Source of the DNA: Octopus vulgaris
Lineage: Eukaryota
Direction: 5' to 3'
Length of the DNA: 64,000 nt
NCBI GenBank assembly: GCA_951406725.2
Contig: OX597820.1
Location: 1,240,001-1,304,000 of the forward strand
Part shown: positions 26,446 to 40,028 of the stretch, one piece after another
How positions within the stretch are numbered: the stretch's first letter is position 1
How the letters are laid out: each line of letters opens with the position of its first letter
Made by a program: the position numbers and the translations under genes
Notes under the pieces: generated by a model
Databases searched by the model: none
Told to the model about the DNA's origin: nothing
The model's input: the letters and a program-made list of their open reading frames with translations, nothing else

Positions 26446-28070
26446 AAGAGACAGTGTGAGCAAGAGACTAGGTAGAAGCAAGTGAGAATGAGCAGAATGT
26501 GGATTATTGCAGAATGTTTCAAGAAATATTGCTCAATATTAAAAAATTAGGCAAGAAACAAATAAAAAAAAAAAGGATGCAATGATTGAAAAACATGCAC
26601 AAGAATTGATAATGGAATTCTTAATCTTTTGAAATATGAAACATTCTAATTGTCCACTAACAAACAAATATCTAAACCAGACACCTCACAATTGTATTAC
26701 AGTATCATGTGTGTGTGCATGTGTGTGTGTACCTTTTCAAATTCTTTTAAGTTTTTCTGATGAAGGACTAATGTCCAAAATGTCAAGTTGCTTTCCCTTC
26801 TTTTTTAAGTATTAAATTATTAATATTTGTTAAAACTTGTCCTTCTATGTTGTCTTCTTTTTGTGTTCATTGCCTTATATATTATATATATTATCAATTA
26901 TATATTATCAATTAATTGCCCAAAAGACAAGGACAAAAACACACTCTAAAAAAGACACGGAGCAGTTAAGGCATAGAACTGGTTGCAACGTTACCAACAA
27001 TTTCAAACCAATTATTGCACTTGGTAAAAATTGACAACTCCTCAGACATGGTGGCCATAAGCACATAGCCTGTTTTATGATTGATTGATGGATGGATGGA
27101 TGGATACAGATATGTATACACAAAATACACACACACACATACACACACATGCACACACACACACACGCACACACACACAGTCATGATTGGTTTGGTATTG
27201 TAAAAGGCGACCTGCTTTCACTCATCATCTCTGAGGAGTCATTAATATTGCCGAGTGCAATAGTCAGTGTGAAACTGTCAGTTACATCTTGATCAATTAC
27301 AAGCCAAAACCAGTAATATATTGCTTGATAATATAACTTCTAGAGTAGGATGGCTAAACCACTGGTAGTTGTCTTCAATTTGTGAATTTATACTGAGAAC
27401 ATGTTGATATATATATATATATGTCCCAGATCAGCTCCAGTCACTTTTGCTATATTTGCCAGTAAGTCAGAATGAGCAAAAGAAGAAACTGCAGACGATG
27501 CTGTACAGCAATTCCATCATCTTTAACCAAACTAGTGAAGGAAATGGTAAGAGAAATCTTGGATGGATTTAATTATTGATTGTTTTGTAGAACTGGAGAT
27601 AACAGTTATGACATGCGGTTCCTGAAATGTGTGCGTGAATTGGAAGTTTTGCAATTGGATTGCCTTGCTAGCACTAACAGTGCCATAATCACTGAGCTGT
27701 TATGAATTCTACAGTTTTAAAGACTGAATCAAGTTGAGTGAAGAGTGTTGCTGAAGAACACAATGTAATGCCATTAATGGGCTGTGTCTGATGATATCGA
27801 TCTCAAGAGTTTGGATATCAATTAATTAATCACTCAAACTACTTTTCCAGGATTCTCTACAACACACACACACACACACTTCATTTTGCCTTAGCTCTGA
27901 AGTACATTGTGTTTTTTTAACACAATACATCTGTAACAGGATTTTTCCTGGATGGAACACGCAGCTTCTGACTTTTCAATGACACACATATGTCAAGTAT
28001 GTTATATTGATAAAGTTTTTATTTAATAGCTGCTTCTGTTGCAATACTGCACTAATCATATATATATATA

Positions 28071-28306
28071 CAGAGTGGCCCTAAGGTAGGTCTCCAGTTA
28101 TTCAACTATCTCTTTCGCATTCATATATTAACACTTTAGATCTTAATTATAAGAAAAATATGAAACCATTATTCTATGTTAATTTAGTTAATTTTGTCAA
28201 GCTCCCTTTTCAGTTTGTAACATAGAAATTTAAATGTAATAAAATGTTTTAAAAGAAATTTAAAGTGCCTACGTGATAGCTGTAAACCTACTTTTGGGCC
28301 ACCCTT
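28071..28306. mobile_element. Tc1/mariner-type MITE
   Basis: TIRs cagagtggccctaaggtaggtctccagtta / aagggtggcccaaaagtaggtttacagcta; TA flanks. Confidence 0.7.
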
Positions 28307-28510
28307 AATATAAATACATATATATACACATATATATATATATACATATATATATTGAAGCATTTCCATCAACAGTTTATATTTCAAAATGTTTTAACTG
28401 AGGAATGGCTTGTGTAATGCTGCATTTCCTATTGTACTTTACACAAATCTGAAATATGCGTATTAAATGATTCCAAAATATCACAATTTGGTTTGACTTC
28501 ATTGTAACAG

Positions 28511-28562
<52 letters not shown>

Positions 28563-28696
28563 AATAATGACAATGGCTTAGCTGGCCAAAACTTTGAAGT
28601 CACTGTCAATAATATTCTTGCTTGAGAATTAGTGGTCTCCAAAAGTATGGAGTGCCAGATTAATGCAAAATTGTTTTTATTGTAACTGAACATAAA

Positions 28697-28727
<31 letters not shown>

Positions 28728-29616
28728 GCTGCTTGTGTAAGACATGCATATAAGAATATGTTTTACCAAGCAAGTAGCATGTCAAGGAGAGGTATTCATT
28801 GGCTGTTAAAATACCAGTAATATTTTCTCAAGCTAAGTCTTACCATCATACACAAATGACTGTTATTAATCATGGTTTTGATGATGGGAATAAAAGAATC
28901 TCTCTGATGCAATTGTTTATTTGACTCTTTGAAAACCAAACTCTTGAAAGGCCCCTTTCCCAGAAATGCTGAAGAGGGAAAAATAGGCATCTTTTCTTAG
29001 AGAATCATTTCACAAGTAAACAACTCGGCCAGTGATTTTAGCCACCCTTCTACTCCTTAACTTACATTGAAACTCTTTAATGTATCTTTTGTGGCAGATT
29101 CAAGCATGTATTTCAGTAAACAAAGATATATCTATTATTTGAGCTTTCCTTTTGTACTGAGTCCAAAGCTTTATTTAACAACTAAAACTCAGTTATTTTT
29201 TTATTTAAACTAACTTAGATAATACGATAGTTCCCATTTTAAGTAAATTTCTAATAATTATATAATTATATTTGGAGACAAATTAGTTCAATTAAGAGTT
29301 ACCCTGTTTCTGTTCAATTATTCTTCTTCAACCTAATTTTCTACATTGTTCCTACTTTAAACACAATGAATATTTGTTTGGACAGGAATGGTTCGAATTA
29401 AAAGACATTTACTCTGTTTTTTTTTTTTTTTATTTTCTAATAACCTGCTCCTAACATATTTATTAGATAGCATTGCTATGTGCAGTTGCAGCAGGATGCT
29501 GATATATAATGCACATGGCATGCAGTGATGATGCGTATCATTCGTTTCCTAGCACCAGGTTTTATTTACTCTAAGTGGAAGAAATAGGAAGCTTTAGGCT
29601 TTTTTCTTGCCTTAAC

Positions 29617-29697
29617 CGGGCTTCACGAGCCTCTCTTCGTTCCCGTCGTTTACGTTCATAATCATCCTCTTCATTAAAACTGTTTACTTCCGCGGCA
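29617..29697 (-). CDS. TnI: Troponin I-like cassette exon, 81 nt, phase 2-2, (D)AAEVNSFNEEDDYERKRRERREAREA
   Basis: Very long pyrimidine tract, ctaat branch-like motif, tgcag| acceptor; E/R-rich peptide resembling the first exon; putative donor CG|GTTAAG. Read-through would end RLRQEKSLKLPISST*. Confidence 0.7.
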
Positions 29698-29982
29698 CTG
29701 CATTAGTGAGGAAACACACAAGTTAAAACAAAACAGCAACAAAACAACACAGAAAAAAAAACCTGAAAGTATAACAAAAAAAAGTATACAAATTTGACAG
29801 AGAAGATGATAAGAAAGACAAAAACAAAGAAAAGACATAGAAAAGACAAAAAAAAAAAAGAAACCAGTCTACACACTAAAATTATTGAAAAATATTTCAA
29901 GGGGAGGTTTGCCCCTTAAAATGAAAATTTCAAAAAAGAAGAAAAAAAATTAAATAAAAAAAAAAATCATGCAGGAAACGTT

Positions 29983-30185
29983 TTAACCCTTTAGCATTTA
30001 AGAGAGCCATATCTGGCCCCGATATTCTACCTGTTTTATGCTCAAACTGGCCAGATCCGGCCTTTCACATTTCTCCTACAATGTTATATGAATAAACACA
30101 TCATGTATGAGATAATGGATGATTAATTAAAAACAATGGGACTAAACAAGCTGTAGATTTGGCAAAATGAATGCTAAAAGGTTAA
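29983..30185. mobile_element. piggyBac-type MITE
   Basis: TTAA-ccctttagcatt ... aatgctaaaagg-TTAA. Confidence 0.7.
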
Positions 30186-30495
30186 AGTTTGGAGAAATCT
30201 TAACAATTTACCATTTGTAAACTACTTCAGGTGACAACAACAGAACTATGGTTTTATCAAAGATATGTTACAATCTCATCATTTTGTCGACATGTTTTAG
30301 TCGTTAGAGTGCACTCATTAATCTGGAAATCTTTCCAATGTGTTAGCTTAAAATCCGAGAAAACATAACGTATCACACATCAAACTGTCACAAACTGGAA
30401 CATTATTTCTGTTTAAAAATTGTTGCAACTATGTCAGGAAGAATTCTTCTGTAACCATTTTTCAATTTCAAAATACTTTAAATATTTTAAACCAT

Positions 30496-30756
30496 TTAAC
30501 CCATTCGTGCTGAAATTTTTCTAGAGAATGAAATTGCCTGAAAATTCACAGATTCTGTTATTTTGACCTAAATATCAACTGAAAAAAAAGTTTCATTGAA
30601 ATCCATTTGATGCAGACAGCGTAGACATTAAGAACATGTTTCATTCCTTGATACAGATCATAAAACAAACCACAATTGGTATCAAGTATTTGCTTGTTTT
30701 ATACCTTTATTAATCAAGTGTCAGTTTAAACGGATGATCGGCAATGAATGGGTTAA
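30496..30756. mobile_element. piggyBac-type MITE
   Basis: TTAA-cccattcgtgctga ... tcggcaatgaatggg-TTAA. Confidence 0.65.
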
Positions 30757-31913
30757 ACAAAGACCACCAGGAATAAAAAAATGTTGACAATTTAATTCTT
30801 GAGTAGAGACTTTTGGTTGATTTTGTTGTCGGTATTTAACTAGTATAGAATTGTGTCCATGACTAAAACACTTAATCCCTTCTGTAAAAGGTAATAAAAA
30901 ATAGAAAAAGAACATCACTGGTTGCCATCTTGTTGGCGGTTTCACTTTGGTAAACCATGATGTGATGAAGCTGCTTGAGAAACGTAGAGATGATATGAGA
31001 ACAATGTTGGTTCACCAACTCAGAGTTGCAAAGTTCATGCTCACTGTAAGAACATTTCCATTGTTTTTATTGGCAAGGCACTGTATTCCACATGCCTCAC
31101 TCCACCTTGATGTCAGGGTTGTGTCTCAGAACTTTTGGGAAAATTAACTGAAAGAGACTAGCATACTATCCAGGGGAAGATTTTTTTTTTCTCTCATCAT
31201 ATTTAGTGCTTCAGAAACCATAACTGAATCTGAGATGCTTGTGAAAGGATTAACTTACAAACACAAACAACATATTTGATAAAGTTATGCAAAAGAAAGA
31301 AACCAAATAAATCAACTATTAACCATTCATTTGAAAATTAAATTACATAATCTGGAATTCGTCCCAAAACATATCAATAATACTATACCTAACATATAAT
31401 GAGATCAATAAAAAAGGAGATCAATTCTAACTATAAATCAATAACATATAGTAATATAGATCGTTAAACAATACAAAACAAAAGTTCTGTATTGCAGGAG
31501 TTGGAACTGAATTACAAATGAGAAAGAAAAAAAAATAGGTGAAAAATAACAAGAGATATCACCTTCAATAATTCTTCAATTTTTAAAAATTTTTTATACA
31601 AACTAAAACAAAAAGACTTAGGCTCTTTTAAGGGCCCAACACAGTATACTATAAAAAGGGTTTGAACTCATGACCTTCATCACCCTAATTTCACGACCAT
31701 TGTGGTTCATAAAGGAAGTAGAGAGAATGGTAATTGGATGGTTTTATTATGAAATGATGGCTTAAAATAAGGAGATGGCTAACTGGAATTTCATGGGTTT
31801 GAGCTGACAGGATTGTTAGCAATGTCAAATGAAATGCTTAGCGAGATTTCTTCAGACAGTTCTGAGTTGTTGGTCTTTCCAGAATTTGTGAGTCCTAAAC
31901 TCGTAAAGTAAAG

Positions 31914-33580
31914 TGGAGGCATATGGCCTGGTGGTTAGAGCACAAGACTTGCGATCGAGGAATCATGGGTTTGAATCTCAGACCGGGTGATGTGTGTGTT
32001 TATGAGCGAAACACCTAAGCTCCACGCGGCTCCGGCAGAAGGTAATGGCGAACTTCTGCTGACTCTTTCGCCACAACTTTCTCTCACTCTTTCCTCCTGC
32101 ATCTTTCAGCTCACCAAGGGTTCGAATCTCAGACCGGGCGATGTGTGTGTTTATGAGCGAAACACCTAAGCTCCACGCGGCTCCGGCAGAAGGTAATGGC
32201 GAACTTCTGCTGACTCTTTCGCCACAACTTTCTCTCACTCTTTCCTCCTGCATCTTTCAGCTCACCAAGGGTTCGAATCTCAGACCGGGCGATGTGTGTG
32301 TTTATGAGCGAAACACCTAAGCTCCACGCGGCTCCGGCAGAAGGTAATGGCGAACTTCTGCTGACTCTTTCGCCACAACTTTCTCTCACTCTTTCCTCCT
32401 GCATCTTTCAGCTCACCAAGGGTTCGAATCTCAGACCGGGCGATGTGTGTGTTTATGAGCGAAACACCTAAGCTCCACGCGGCTCCGGCAGAAGGTAATG
32501 GCGAACTTCTGCTGACTCTTTCGCCACAACTTTCTCTCACTCTTTCCTCCTGCATCTTTCAGCTCACCAAGGGTTCGAATCTCAGACCGGGCGATGTGTG
32601 TGTTTATGAGCGAAACACCTCAAGCTCCACGCGGCTCCGGCAGAAGGTAATGGCGAACTTCTGCTGACTCTTTCGCCACAACTTTCTCTCACTCTTTCCT
32701 CCTGCATCTTTCAGCTCACCAAGGGTTCGAATCTCAGACCGGGCGATGTGTGTGTTTATGAGCGAAACACCTAAGCTCCACGCGGCTCCGGCAGAAGGTA
32801 ATGGCGAACTTCTGCTGACTCTTTCGCCACAACTTTCTCTCACTCTTTCCTCCTGCATCTTTCAGCTCACCAAGGGTTCGAATCTCAGACCGGGCGATGT
32901 GTGTGTTTATGAGCGAAACACCTAAGCTCCACGCGGCTCCGGCAGAAGGTAATGGCGAACTTCTGCTGACTCTTTCGCCACAACTTTCTCTCACTCTTTC
33001 CTCCTGCATCTTTCAGCTCACCAAGGGTTCGAATCTCAGACCGGGCGATGTGTGTGTTTATGAGCGAAACACCTAAGCTCCACGCGGCTCCGGCAGAAGG
33101 TAATGGCGAACTTCTGCTGACTCTTTCGCCACAACTTTCTCTCACTCTTTCCTCCTGCATCTTTCAGCTCACCAAGGGTTCGAATCTCAGACCGGGCGAT
33201 GTGTGTGTTTATGAGCGAAACACCCTAAGCTCCACGCGGCTCCGGCAGAAGGTAATGGCGAACTTCTGCTGACTCTTTCGCCACAACTTTCTCTCACTCT
33301 TTCCTCCTGCATCTTTCAGCTCACCAAGGGTTCGAATCTCAGACCGGGCGATGTGTGTGTTTATGAGCGAAACACCTAAGCTCCACGCGGCTCCGGCAGA
33401 AGGTAATGGTGAACTTCTGCTGACTCTTTCGCCACAACTTTCTCTCACTCTTTCCTCCCGCATCTTGCAGCTCACCTGCGACGGACTGGCGTCCCGTCCA
33501 GGTGGGGAACCTATATGCCAAGGAAACCAGGAAACTGACCCTTATGTGCCAGGCATGGCTCGAGAAGGAACAAACAACAA
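31914..33580 (+). mobile_element. tRNA-derived SINE with internal 10 x 151-bp tandem amplification
   Basis: A-box-like TGGCCTGGTGG head at about 31923; units start at 31967, 32118, 32269, 32420, 32571, 32723, 32874, 33025, 33176, 33328, each with a B box GGTTCGAATC (GGTTTGAATC in the first); SINE tail (ggactggcgtcccgtccagg...aacaaacaacaa) after the last unit. Confidence 0.9.
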
Positions 33581-35114
33581 ACTCATAAAATTTCTAGACT
33601 CTAGAAGATGCATAACAACAAGTTTAGAATATTGCATTTATAATCACAAGATAGTGGTTTCAATTCCCAAATTAGGTGGTACATTGCCTTCTTGAGCAAG
33701 ACACTTCATTTCCCTGTTGCTCCAGTCCACTCAGCTGTAAGTGAGTAACCCCTGCAAATGGACTAGCAGCTTGTCCAGGAGTAAACCATGGGTAAAGTTG
33801 TGATTTCAGTCATGGAAACTGGGTAACTGGCCCCATGGGTCATAGGACTTGAGACCATAATCCTTTCTACTATAGTGACAAGGCCTGAAATTTGGAGGAG
33901 GGGGATAATCGATTACATTGATCCCCAGCGTTTTACTGGTACTTAATTTATCGACCTCGAAAGGATGAAAGGCAAAGTTGACCTCAGTGGAATTTGAACT
34001 CACTATGTTGCTACAGGCAAAATACTGCTAAGTATTTCATCCAAAGTTTCTGCCAGCTCACCACCTTGACTTGAGACCATAATGTTCAGGGTTTGATGGA
34101 AATGAAATCGAACTGCATGATAATCAAGTTCTTGTTTGGGGGTCTTTAGGGTCCTTTATGACATAAATGGAATGCACAAGCAACCAGTGTAAAGATAATG
34201 AAAAGGTGGGGAAACTTAACTCAGCTTTACAACATTAGTGATTGGATAAAATCATTTTGTTTTTACAAGATTTAAATTTGCTTCAACTATGATCAGTTTT
34301 TGCATTCAAAAGACAAAAAATTAAATTCTGACCCCAATGGAATCTGAATACAGAAATAGTGCAACTCTTTTGTCTGGAAAGTTAAAATATTTAATGAAAA
34401 TTCATAAAATGCATACAAAAATGAAAACATTTAACAAATTAATTCTTATGACAAAACAAATTTCTGATGAAATAACATTATTTTTGTGTTTTAACTAATT
34501 TGGGAAATATTAAAAAATTTGGAGTAATTTAGTAAAAACTAATTGTTCTTTAATTATGAAGATGTTTAGGGCTTAACATGGAATGGGACAACTAGGCACA
34601 GCTGTTTGGGCACAGATGATCTGGCATGGCTAGCAGCTTTTGGTGCTGGATGCCAACACACACAGACAGAAATATACACATACAGATAGAAAGAGTAAAA
34701 GAGAAGGCAGGAGAGAGAGAGAGAGAGGCAGACAGACAGACAAAGATCACATTACAATTCATTAATTGAGCAGGGAGTGGTGGAGAGATGGAGGGAGGGA
34801 GGAAGGAAGGGAGAAAATAAGGGAAACATTAAAACATCTGATGTTAAATAAGTCAGATTCAATTAATTGATGCCAAATGAGAGGCACCAAAACAGCTGTG
34901 CCAAAATGTCTCAAACCAAACCTAACAAAAGGGTCTCCCATAAAATTCAAACCAAAAGCTTTTAAATTTAAATAAAAACATTTCTAAAACCAACAAAGGT
35001 GTTAATGAAAGGCTTATAATCAATGACCCACCCAAATATTCCACTGAAAAACCACAAATTTAATTCTCAAAACTGCACAAATGGTAGGTCTCACTCAATA
35101 GCTATCCACTAAAA

Positions 35115-35698
35115 CAGTGGTTCTCAGCCAGGGTCCATATGACCCTTAAGGGGTCACTGTTAAAAATTTATCCCCAAGAAATTGGTTATACTTGTTTCAG
35201 TCATTTGACTGCGGCCATGCTGGGGCACCATTTTCTAGTTGAAAAAAATCGACCCCTGAACTTATTCTTTGTAAGCTTGGTACTTATTCTTTCAGTCTCT
35301 TCTGCCAGACCGCTAAGTTACAGGGATGTAAACACACCAACATCGGTTGTCAAGTGATGGTGGAGGGGACAAACACAGACACACAAATATATACATACAT
35401 ATAGATGCGACGGGCTTCTTTCAGTTTTTGCCTATCAAATCCACTCACAAGGATTGGGTTGGCACAAGGCTACAGTAGACAACACTTGCTCAATGTGCTA
35501 CGCAGTGGGACTGAACCCAGAACCACGTCGTTGGGAAGCAAGCTTCTTCTCACATAGCCACTCCTCTGCCTTGATAATTTTTAATTATAAAAATATAATA
35601 GGATTTTTTAAACATCAAAAGGCTGTAAGGAACCCCTCTTTGAGTAAAATACGAATCAAAGGGATCCATACGAGGGGAATTAGGGTTGAGAACCATTG
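35115..35698. mobile_element. hAT-type MITE with nested minus-strand CORE-like SINE (about 35190-35570)
   Basis: TIRs cagtggttctca / tgagaaccattg; degenerate 8-bp TSD; SINE body inside. Confidence 0.65.
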
Positions 35699-36229
35699 CT
35701 CTAAATAATAAAACTTATGTTATTCCTTTAAGAATATTGTCCACCTACAAGGGAGCTTCCCAATCTGTGTCATGGAATCTTTTCTACTAAAGCCACAAGG
35801 CCTGAAACTTTGGAGGAATGGGGCTAGTCAATTAGATTGACCCCAGTACATAACCAGTACTTAATTCATCAATCCCAAAAGGATGAAAGGCAAAGTCGAC
35901 GTTGGCAGAATTTGAACTCAGAACATAGCAACGGGCGAAATACCGCTAAGCATTTCACCTGGCGTGCTAACGTTTCTGCCAGCTTGCAGCCTTTTCAGCT
36001 TATATATTATTTCCCAAACACATATTTAATACCTGGGGTCACGAAAAATCTCATTGAAAAATGGGGTCATGAGTGAAAAACGTTTAAGAAGTGCTGCTTT
36101 AAACAATCAAAAAGTCACAGATTTTCTGAGAAAGCAAACACGTTTTTGAGATTGGTTTGTTTTTGTGCAATAATATGTATTAAAAGGAAGGTAGAGAAAA
36201 TGGTTAATAAAAACATTACATTCACATAC

Positions 36230-36325
36230 AGCCTGCTTAACCGATTCGCTTTCAGTTGACGTTTCTGTGGCGTTTCGATTTGTTCCTCTCTGACAGATGA
36301 GTTAACCAAACCATTTCTGTTTGAG
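36230..36325 (-). CDS. Candidate 96-nt symmetric (phase 2-2) cassette exon, (D)SNRNGLVNSSVREEQIETPQKRQLKANRLSR
   Basis: Long T-rich tract, two TGCATG motifs, aacag| acceptor, CT|GTATGT donor; length divisible by 3; hydrophilic open frame consistent with the upstream phase 2. Confidence 0.55.
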
Positions 36326-37686
36326 CTGTTCATGCAAATTTCATGCAAAAATTCATGTGAGAAAGAAAAAAAATAGAAAAACAAAATAATGGGGATAAAA
36401 TATAGTTAAAATTGTTAATCAAAGAAAAATAAGTGAGGTAAAAAAAAAAACAAAGACAAAAAGGAAACTTGTAAATTAACCTTTTAGCATTTAAATTGGA
36501 CATCATCATCATCATCATCATAATCCTCATCACCATCATAATCACCACCACCACCATCATCATCATCATCATTCGTTTCCATTCTATGTTTTGGCATGGT
36601 TTCTAGGGGTGGCTGCCCTTCCTAACATCAACCAATTTACTGAGTGGGGTGGGTGCTTTTTCGCAAGGCGCCATCACCACTGCTTTTCACATGGCATCAC
36701 CACTCATTACCATTATTAGGATTCTTCTATTCTTTTACTAGATTTACTCATTGGCCCGTGGTCATGCTGGAGCGTCACCTTCTGCGATATCATGATGGGT
36801 GCTTATTTCAATCTGGGAGGGTTGAAAGCCAAAGCAGATCCAAGATGGATGCTGTTGGGCTGCTTAATATGCATGTGGCTTTAGCTTTGGTTTTGTTTCG
36901 ACCATTGGACTGTGGCCATGCTGGTGCACCACTGTAGTGGCTTTAGTCAAACAAACTGCACTGAGTATTTATTTTCTATATCTGGTACTTATTCTATTGG
37001 TCCCTTTTGCCAAACGGCTAAGTCACAGGGACATAAATAAACCAGCATTGGTTGTCAAGTAGGAGTGAGGGACAAACACCAACACACACACCCAAATCCA
37101 CACACACACATGGGATTCCACATAGTCTCCATCTACCAAATTTACTGACAAGTAACTGGCTAGCCCAGCGCTATACTAGAAGACACTTGCCCAAAGCGCC
37201 ACACAGTGGGACGGAACCTAAAAACCGCACGGTTGTAAAGCAAGCTTCTTAACCACACAGCCACACCTGTTTAATTATTAAATAGACTTCTTCATTTATG
37301 AAATAGAAATCTTGGCAGGATGAAACGATGCCAAGACAAAATTACTTCTCGTCTTAAACCTGAATTAATGATGCTAAATTCACTTACAAGAATGTAAAAT
37401 TGTTTATCGAAAGAACCACAAGGCATTTTATGAGATGCTCCGCCGATTTTGCTATGCACATGCCACAGATAATGATGATGGTTTCTGATACCAGCCCAAG
37501 GCTAGAAATTTACGGAGGAGGAGGAGGATTAGAAACAACAAAATTGATTATTTTCTCTGGCTTCTAGGACTATAATTTAGTCTCTATTTAGACAGAGACA
37601 AATATTACTGTTACATGTAAATAAATATATCTCTTTATATATGTATACTTATATATATACATATTCATCATCATCATCATCATCAT

Positions 37687-37717
<31 letters not shown>

Positions 37718-37739
37718 CATTCCCTCTCACTCTCTTGGA

Positions 37740-38049
37740 GAGGAGGCACAGATGCCAACGTTGCCTTATTGGCACCTGTGCTGGTGGCATATGTAAAAAG
37801 ATTCAAGTGAGGTCATTGCCAGTACCACCTGACTGGCCCCCGTTCCAGTGGCATGTAAAAAGCACCCACTACACTCTCGGAGCGGTTGGTGTTAGGAAGG
37901 CGCATCCAGCTGTAGAAACTCTGCCAAATCAAGATTGGAGCCTGGTGCAGCCATCTGGTTTGCCAGCCCTCAGTCAAAATCGTCCAACCCATGCTAGCAT
38001 GGAAAGCGAAAGTTAAACGATGATGATGATGATGATGATAATGATGATG

Positions 38050-38082
<33 letters not shown>

Positions 38083-38538
38083 AATTTCTTAAACTTAGCT
38101 GAGCATTTCGTGTGGTAGGATAGAATCAACATACACTGGAACAGGAATGTGAGACTTTGGAAAACCAGAGGGTTCTTTAAATAGTTTACAACTCTTGGCA
38201 CTATGTCATGCTTGAGAAGAAGACCCATCAAGCTGACCAAAATCTCAGTCGTGGCAGATACTGGTGTCACACAAATTGGCACCCATGCTGGTGGCACATA
38301 ACTGCGCCCCAGAGTCACATAAATGGCACCCATGCCGGTGGCATGTAAAACCACCCGTTACACTCTTGGAGTGGTTGGTGTTAGGAAGGGCATACACCCT
38401 AGAAAACCATGCCAAATCAGACTGCAGTCTGGTGCAGCCATCCAGCGTGCCAGCCCGTACAAACTGTCCAACCCATGCCAGCATGGGACAACAGACGTTA
38501 AATGTTGTATGTATGTATATATATAATATGTATGTATG

Positions 38539-38575
<37 letters not shown>

Positions 38576-38795
38576 GTATATAATTGACAGAATGAGATAA
38601 AAATCCAAGGCTGTCAATAGCTTCCAGAACATTTATCAAGAAAAGTCTTACAGCTGTTTCCGGGATATCTGATATATCCCTTCATCAGAGACGGTGCGAG
38701 AAAATGTTTTGAGTATTAATTATTGCAGAGAAGATGTGAAATGCTTAGCGATACCTGACACCTTTTGGTCTTTTGACACCACCCCTCATACCCTG

Positions 38796-38826
<31 letters not shown>

Positions 38827-38891
38827 CATACACCAATGTATATATATATGTATATATATATATATATATATACCATACCAATATATGTATA

Positions 38892-38973
<82 letters not shown>

Positions 38974-39024
38974 TATATATACATACATACAACATATATA
39001 TGTATATATATATGTATTATATAT

Positions 39025-39083
<59 letters not shown>

Positions 39084-39500
39084 GAAGGTATACCTTCCTG
39101 CTTGTGATACTTGTGAAGACCTGTTGAGGCAAGTGAAATCAAGTCAAATCGAATCAAATCAAATATGAACATCAATGGAATTTGTATCCTTGTGAATAAA
39201 AAACACCCTCCGAGCGTGGCCGTCTGCCAGCCTCGTCTGGCACCTGTGTCGGTGGCACATAAAAAACACCATTCGAGTGTGACCGTCTGCCAGCCTCATC
39301 TGGCACCTGTGTCGGTGGCACATAAAATCACCCACTACACTCTCGGAGTGGTTGGCGTTAGGAAGGGCATCCAGCTGTAGAAACACTGCCAGATCTGACT
39401 GGCCTGGTGCAGCCTTCGGGCTCCCCAGACTCCAGTTGAACCGTCCAACCCATGCTAGCATGGAAAGCGGACGTTAAACGATGATGATGATGATGATGAT
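37740..39500 (+). mobile_element. Three copies of an RTE-tail-like element ending in (GAT)n (about 37740-38048, 38265-38505, 39090-39500), interspersed with microsatellites
   Basis: Shared ggcgttaggaagggcatccagctgtagaaac...aacccatgctagcatggaa...cgttaaacgatgatg. Minus copies at about 3453-3715, 5400-5510, 8845-9030, 9143-9330, 36560-36680. Confidence 0.8.
38645..38692 (-). ncRNA. Minimal type I hammerhead ribozyme motif (Penelope-like)
   Basis: GTCT CTGATGA A GGGATAT atcag ATATCCC G GAAA CAGCTG TA AGAC: intact core, 7-bp stem II, palindromic stem/loop III, GUA site, stem I GTCT/AGAC. Confidence 0.7.
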
Positions 39501-39542
39501 ATATATATATATATATACATACATACAACATATATATGTATG

Positions 39543-39594
<52 letters not shown>

Positions 39595-39708
39595 CAATAT
39601 AGGGTGGCAAAAAATTTTGTAGAATTCTTTGCCACCAGCGGCCTATTTTGCGGTTAAAGCTTTTGGCTGTTACTAGTGGGTGAATGGCCTATTATGTTCC
39701 TTGATTGT

Positions 39709-39759
<51 letters not shown>

Positions 39760-39915
39760 TATATAGCAAACATATTCTGTGTTTTGCTAGAAAGAAGCAG
39801 AAACCGCGGTACGAGTTGTTAAAATTATCGGTAAACGTTTTTGATTTTCACTCTCGATAAATTCATCCCCTTTTTGTGTTCCCAGCACTCGGCATCTTTA
39901 TTTAGGAGCCCTTAA

Positions 39916-39956
<41 letters not shown>

Positions 39957-39981
39957 TATATACATATATATATGTTGTATG

Positions 39982-40028
<47 letters not shown>

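Noticed and set aside
31460-31506. Strong minus-strand acceptor at 31506
   Set aside because: No credible in-phase donor and a stop after about 14 codons; not enough support to call an exon.
31914-31990. tRNA gene
   Set aside because: A and B boxes present but it continues into a SINE body and I see no complete cloverleaf; it is a SINE head.
31978-33695. Repeated 91-aa ORFs (MQEERVRESCGE...)
   Set aside because: By-product of the 151-bp SINE-derived tandem unit; the period is not a multiple of 3 and there is no gene structure.
39105-39150. GTGAAGA...GAAA hammerhead-like pattern
   Set aside because: Core mismatch and no helix III; part of the RTE-tail repeat.
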